NCBI GenBank assembly: GCA_947623925.1
Contig: CANQID010000002.1
Location: forward strand, 25,823-89,822
From: an uncultured Bacilli bacterium
GTDB taxonomy: Bacteria; Bacillota_I; Bacilli_A; RF39; UBA660
Direction: 5' to 3'
Length of the DNA: 64,000 nucleotides
Made by a program: the position numbers and the translations under genes. Below the pieces are notes generated by a model, which was not told where the DNA came from, did not search any database, and was given only the letters and a program-made list of their open reading frames with translations. Each line of letters begins with the position of its first letter. Position 1 is the stretch's first letter. Of this stretch, positions 59,394-64,000 are shown piece after piece.

Positions 59394-62300
59394 ATGCATG
59401 ATAAGTTAAAACTTTTATTAGAACAAATAAATTTACCAATAGAAAACTATGAATATTTTAAAGATGGCAATCTAGTAAAAATAATTTCTAATAAAAATAA
59501 AGAATCATATGTTTTTATAATACAAATACAAAACATATTACCTGTTAATATATATGATTTATTTATAAATTTACTAAAAGAAAGATATAAAACAGTAGAA
59601 AATGTAGATGTAAAATTTGAAGTTTTAAATAAGGATTTAAACTTAATAAAAGATTATTACAAATACATAATAACAAATAAAAAAGAAGAAAATCCATTAT
59701 TAGAAACATTTATAGACTATAATGCATATTTAGAAGATGAAAAAATATATATAGAGTGTGCGAATATAGCAGAACAAATGAAATTAGAAACAATTACAAA
59801 AGATTTAGAAAATTTATTTTCTTCTGTAGGATATGGCAATATAAAAACTAATATAAAAATAAATCCTTCATTAAATGAGGATTTACTTGAAGAAGTAAAA
59901 CAAAGTTTAGTTGTAGAAATACCTAAAGAAGAAATAAAAAAAGAAACAGTTGAAGAAAAACCAAAACAAAAATACAGTGGAATGCATAGAAGAGTAAAAA
60001 CAGAAGATAGTCCTAATGTTGTTTTAGGAAGAACAATAGATTCTATTGCAACTGACATAAGAAACATAAAAACAGAAATAGATGATGTAACAGTTAATGC
60101 AAATGTATTTGGAATAGATTATTTCGAATCAAGCAAATCAAATTTTAAAATAATAACACTTAAAATAACAGATTTAACTGACAGTATATATTGTAAAATA
60201 TTTTCAAAAGATGATGAAGAATATAATACATTAAAAAGTAAATTAAAAGAAGGAAAATACTATAAAATAAGAGGATATACAAAAAATGATATATATTCAA
60301 AAGAATTAGTATTAAATGCAAGAGATATAAATATATTAGATAAAGTAATAGAACCAAGAAAAGATGAAGAAGAAATAAAAAGAGTTGAATTACATGCTCA
60401 TACTATGATGAGCCAAATGGATGGATTAACTAAAGTAGATTTAGGAAAACATACATGTGAACTTGTTAGTAGAGCAATCGATATGGGGTATAGAGGAGTT
60501 GCAATAACAGATCATAATGGTTGTCAAGCATTTCCAATTGCATATGGAATAATAAATTCTTATAATAAAAAAATAGAAGATAAAGATAAACATTTTAAAG
60601 GTTTATATGGAACAGAATTAACACTCGTAGATGATACAGTTAATGTTGTAGTAAGACCTACTGATTTGCCACTTAAAGAAACTACATATGTCGTATTTGA
60701 TACAGAAACAACAGGATTTAATGCAGCAGGAGAAGATCAAATGATAGAAATAGGTGCAGTTAAAATATGCAATGGAGAAATAATTGATAGATTTGATGAA
60801 TTAATAGACCCGGGTAGACATATACCAGATAAAATAACAGAACTTACTTGTATAACTGATGAAATGGTAAAAGGTAAAGACAATGAAGAAACTGTAACAC
60901 GCAAATTTTTAGAGTGGGCAAGTGATTTACCAATGGTTGCTCATAATGCTAAATTTGATATTTCATTTATAGAAATGGCAATGAAAAAATATAATATTGG
61001 ACAATTTAAAAATACTGTAATTGATACATTAGAATTATCAAGAACATTAGACCAAGGATTTGCTCGTCATAGTTTATCAGCTTTAGTAAAAAGATATGAT
61101 GTTGAATGGGACGAAGATGCACATCATAGAGCAGATTATGATGCACAAGGTACTGCATATGTATTCCACAAAATGTTACAAAAATTAACTGCTCAAAATT
61201 TTAAAAAAATAAGTGATTTAGATAAACTAATATCAAAAGATGAAATACATAAATTTGGTAGAACTTTTCATTTTAATGCGATAGCAGTTAATAAAAAAGG
61301 ACTTAAAAACTTGTTTAAAATAATTTCTCTTGCAAATACAGTTTATTTATATAAAACACCTAGAATACTTAGAAGTAAATTAGAAGAATTAAGAGAAGGC
61401 TTACTTATAGGTAGTGGTTGTTATGAATCAGAAGTATTTATAGAAGCAAGAAGTAAAGAAGGACAAGAATTAACAAACATAATAAACTTTTATGATTATG
61501 TAGAAGTTCAACCTCCAGAAGTATATGGTCATTTAATTCAAACAGGAGACTTTAATAATGAAATAGAACTACAAAACCATATTAAAAAAATAATAGAAGA
61601 AACAAAAAATGCAGGAAAAATAATAGTCGCAACAGGAGATGTACATCATTTTGATAGAGAAGATAAAATATATAGAGAAATAATTATAAATCAAAAAGTT
61701 CCAGGTGGAGGAAGGCACCCACTTTGTAAAAAAAGTATAACAGAAATACCTTCTCAACATTTTAGAACGACAGAAGAAATGTTACAAGATTTCAGTTTTC
61801 TAGATAAAAAACTTGCTTATGAAATAGTTGTTGAAAATACAAATAAAGTACTAGACATGGTAGAAGAAATAGAAGTAATAATAGATACAGGCGGAATACC
61901 TTTTTCACCAAGGGTAAAAAGTGATGATGGTAAGTCTTATCTTGATTGCCCAAGTGTAGTAACAGAACTTGTTTATTCAAAAGCTAAATCATGGTATGGA
62001 GATAATTTACCATATAATATAGAAGAAAGAATAGCTAAAGAATTATATGGTGATATTGTATATAAATGTTGGAATGAAAAAGTAAAACTTGAAAATCCAA
62101 ATATGACAGAAGAAGAAATAGAAAAAAATACATTTTTAAACTTACATGAAAACATATTAAAAGGATTTGATTCAGTAAAAGAAACAATAAGAAATTACTT
62201 AAAAGAAAATTGGGATGAAGAAGAATTTAGTGATGAACTACTAGAAAAGAAAGTAAAAAAAGAACTAGGTGGAATAATAGGTGGTGGATTTGACCCTATA

Positions 62301-64000
62301 TATTTAATTGCTCAAAGGCTTGTAAAACACTCCAATGATGAAGGATATCTAGTAGGTTCCCGTGGTTCAGTTGGTTCGTCCTTTGTTGCGACTATGATGG
62401 GAATAACAGAAGTAAATCCACTTCCCGCACACTATAGATGTTTAAAATGTAGAACAAGTATATTTGAAGATGAATCTGGGAATGCATTAGGTGCAACATA
62501 TTCATCAGGATTCGATTTGCCAGATAAAATTTGTCCAAATTGTGGTGAAAAGATGTATAAAGATGGTCAAGATATGCCATTTGCTACATTCTTAGGTTTT
62601 AATGCAGATAAAGTACCTGATATAGACCTTAACTTTTCAGATTTAAATCAAGCTTCTGCTCATGATTATACTAAAGTATTATTTGGTGTTGATAATGTTT
62701 ATAGGGCAGGTACAATTGGTACTGTTGCAGATAAAACAGCATTTGGATTTGTAAAAGGATATTGTGAAGAAAAAGGAATATCTTTGCGTATTGCTGAAGT
62801 AGAAAGACTTGCTTTAGGTTGTACAGGAGTTAAAAGAACAACAGGACAACACCCCGGGGGAATAGTAGTTGTACCAGATTATATGGATGTTTCAGATTTC
62901 ACACCTTTTCAATTTCCAGCAGACGATGCAACTTCTCCTTGGAGAACAACACACTTTGATTACCATGCAATCGATCAAGATTTATTAAAACTTGATATAT
63001 TAGGTCATTCAGACCCAACTCAACTTCGTATGATACAAGATTTAACTAAAACAGATATCCTAAAAGTACCTTTAGATGATAAAGATACTATGAGTATATT
63101 TACTTCTACTGCAGCGTTAGGAGTTACAAATGAACAAATTATGTGTCCAACAGGTACATTAGGTATACCAGAATTTGGTACACCATTTACAATAAGTATG
63201 GTTGAAGAAACAAAACCAACTACATTTGCTGAATTAGTAAAAATTTCAGGTTTGTCACATGGTACTGATGTTTGGCTTGGTAATGCACAGGAATTAATAA
63301 AAAATAATATTGTTCCATTTAAAGAAGTAATAGGTTGTCGTGATGATATTATGGTTTATTTAATGTATAAAGGTGTTGAACCAATAAAAGCATTTAAAAT
63401 AATGGAATTTGTTCGTAAAGGAAGAGCAAGTAAAGATCCAGATACATGGGCTTTACATAGAAAGACGATGGAAGAAGCTGGAATCGAAGAATGGTTTATT
63501 GATTCATGTCAAAAAATAAAATACATGTTCCCAAAAGCACATGCTGCAGCATATGTCATTAGTGCATTTAGAATAGCTTGGTATAAAGTACATATGCCGG
63601 TATATTTCTATGCATCATGGCTTACTTCTAAAGCAACAGATGTAGATGTAGAAACAATGATAAAAGGATATGATGATATAAAAAATAAAATAATTGAAAT
63701 AGAAAATAAAGGTTATGATGCTACAAATAAAGAAAATGGTCAATTAGAAAGTTTAAAGGTAAGTTTAGAAGCAACAGCACGAAATATTAAATTTTTACCA
63801 GTAGACTTAAATAAGAGTTTAGCGACCACTTGGGATGTAGCAGATGAAACATCAATTTATCCTCCTTTTTCATCTATAGATGGGCTTGGTGATACGGTTG
63901 CTCAAAACATAGTTGAAGAAAGAGAAAAGAAAGAATTTTTAAGTATAGAAGATTTACAAAGAAGAGCTAAAATATCTACAACATTAATAGAAAAAATGAA
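59394..64000 (+). CDS. polC: DNA polymerase III PolC-type (5' about 1535 codons; continues beyond window)
   Basis: PHP domain 'VELHAHTMMSQMDG', DEDD exonuclease 'VVFDTETTGFNAAGEDQMIEIGAV', and the Pol III alpha core 'GGIIGGGFDPIYLIAQRLVKHSNDEGYLVGSRGSVGSSFVATMMGITEVNPL'. There is no stop before the window end. Confidence 0.9.
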   Translation, partial: MHDKLKLLLEQINLPIENYEYFKDGNLVKIISNKNKESYVFIIQIQNILPVNIYDLFINLLKERYKTVENVDVKFEVLNKDLNLIKDYYKYIITNKKEENPLLETFIDYNAYLEDEKIYIECANIAEQMKLETITKDLENLFSSVGYGNIKTNIKINPSLNEDLLEEVKQSLVVEIPKEEIKKETVEEKPKQKYSGMHRRVKTEDSPNVVLGRTIDSIATDIRNIKTEIDDVTVNANVFGIDYFESSKSNFKIITLKITDLTDSIYCKIFSKDDEEYNTLKSKLKEGKYYKIRGYTKNDIYSKELVLNARDINILDKVIEPRKDEEEIKRVELHAHTMMSQMDGLTKVDLGKHTCELVSRAIDMGYRGVAITDHNGCQAFPIAYGIINSYNKKIEDKDKHFKGLYGTELTLVDDTVNVVVRPTDLPLKETTYVVFDTETTGFNAAGEDQMIEIGAVKICNGEIIDRFDELIDPGRHIPDKITELTCITDEMVKGKDNEETVTRKFLEWASDLPMVAHNAKFDISFIEMAMKKYNIGQFKNTVIDTLELSRTLDQGFARHSLSALVKRYDVEWDEDAHHRADYDAQGTAYVFHKMLQKLTAQNFKKISDLDKLISKDEIHKFGRTFHFNAIAVNKKGLKNLFKIISLANTVYLYKTPRILRSKLEELREGLLIGSGCYESEVFIEARSKEGQELTNIINFYDYVEVQPPEVYGHLIQTGDFNNEIELQNHIKKIIEETKNAGKIIVATGDVHHFDREDKIYREIIINQKVPGGGRHPLCKKSITEIPSQHFRTTEEMLQDFSFLDKKLAYEIVVENTNKVLDMVEEIEVIIDTGGIPFSPRVKSDDGKSYLDCPSVVTELVYSKAKSWYGDNLPYNIEERIAKELYGDIVYKCWNEKVKLENPNMTEEEIEKNTFLNLHENILKGFDSVKETIRNYLKENWDEEEFSDELLEKKVKKELGGIIGGGFDPIYLIAQRLVKHSNDEGYLVGSRGSVGSSFVATMMGITEVNPLPAHYRCLKCRTSIFEDESGNALGATYSSGFDLPDKICPNCGEKMYKDGQDMPFATFLGFNADKVPDIDLNFSDLNQASAHDYTKVLFGVDNVYRAGTIGTVADKTAFGFVKGYCEEKGISLRIAEVERLALGCTGVKRTTGQHPGGIVVVPDYMDVSDFTPFQFPADDATSPWRTTHFDYHAIDQDLLKLDILGHSDPTQLRMIQDLTKTDILKVPLDDKDTMSIFTSTAALGVTNEQIMCPTGTLGIPEFGTPFTISMVEETKPTTFAELVKISGLSHGTDVWLGNAQELIKNNIVPFKEVIGCRDDIMVYLMYKGVEPIKAFKIMEFVRKGRASKDPDTWALHRKTMEEAGIEEWFIDSCQKIKYMFPKAHAAAYVISAFRIAWYKVHMPVYFYASWLTSKATDVDVETMIKGYDDIKNKIIEIENKGYDATNKENGQLESLKVSLEATARNIKFLPVDLNKSLATTWDVADETSIYPPFSSIDGLGDTVAQNIVEEREKKEFLSIEDLQRRAKISTTLIEKM

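Overview
This is a very AT-rich (roughly 27-28% GC) chromosomal segment from a low-GC, spore-forming Firmicute (Clostridia-like). The calls rest on recognisable protein motifs in the six-frame track and on DNA-level inspection; no searches were run.

About the first 13.9 kb is the right-hand end of an integrative conjugative or mobilisable element. It carries a VirD4/TraG-like coupling ATPase and a 2093-aa methyltransferase plus SNF2-helicase fusion protein that resembles phage P1 DarB. Its cargo region holds a signal-peptide protein with a small membrane partner, a duplicated promoter/5'-gene module with a decayed chimeric copy, a GT-rich microsatellite and three iteron-like direct repeats. 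The element ends with a large serine recombinase whose 3' end reads across the junction into an interrupted D,D-carboxypeptidase gene (dacF/dacB/PBP5 type). The insertion removes that gene's SxxK motif and its SGN motif, which reads TTTD at the junction; only the KTG half of the gene lies in the window.

The remaining ~50 kb is conserved core genome. In order it contains: a Prs-like gene, yqeG-yqeH, a lone HerA/FtsK-like ATPase, a TIGR01212 radical-SAM gene, prfB (with the classic +1 frameshift site), a YitT-family gene, ftsE-ftsX, polA, a T-box leader and serS, a zinc-ribbon/SPFH membrane pair, a P-type ATPase, a YgjP-like hydrolase, a GT2 glycosyltransferase with a membrane partner, a repeat-rich lipoprotein, yabG-veg-spoVG-yabP-yabQ-divIC, lemA, gerQ, pduL, a class A PBP, ywiB-argS-rpoE, a prepilin-leader protein with a BspA-type LRR domain, prfA, a 3.4-kb zinc-ribbon/TPM membrane module inserted between prfA and prmC, prmC and the 5' part of polC.

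No rRNA, tRNA or CRISPR array was seen.
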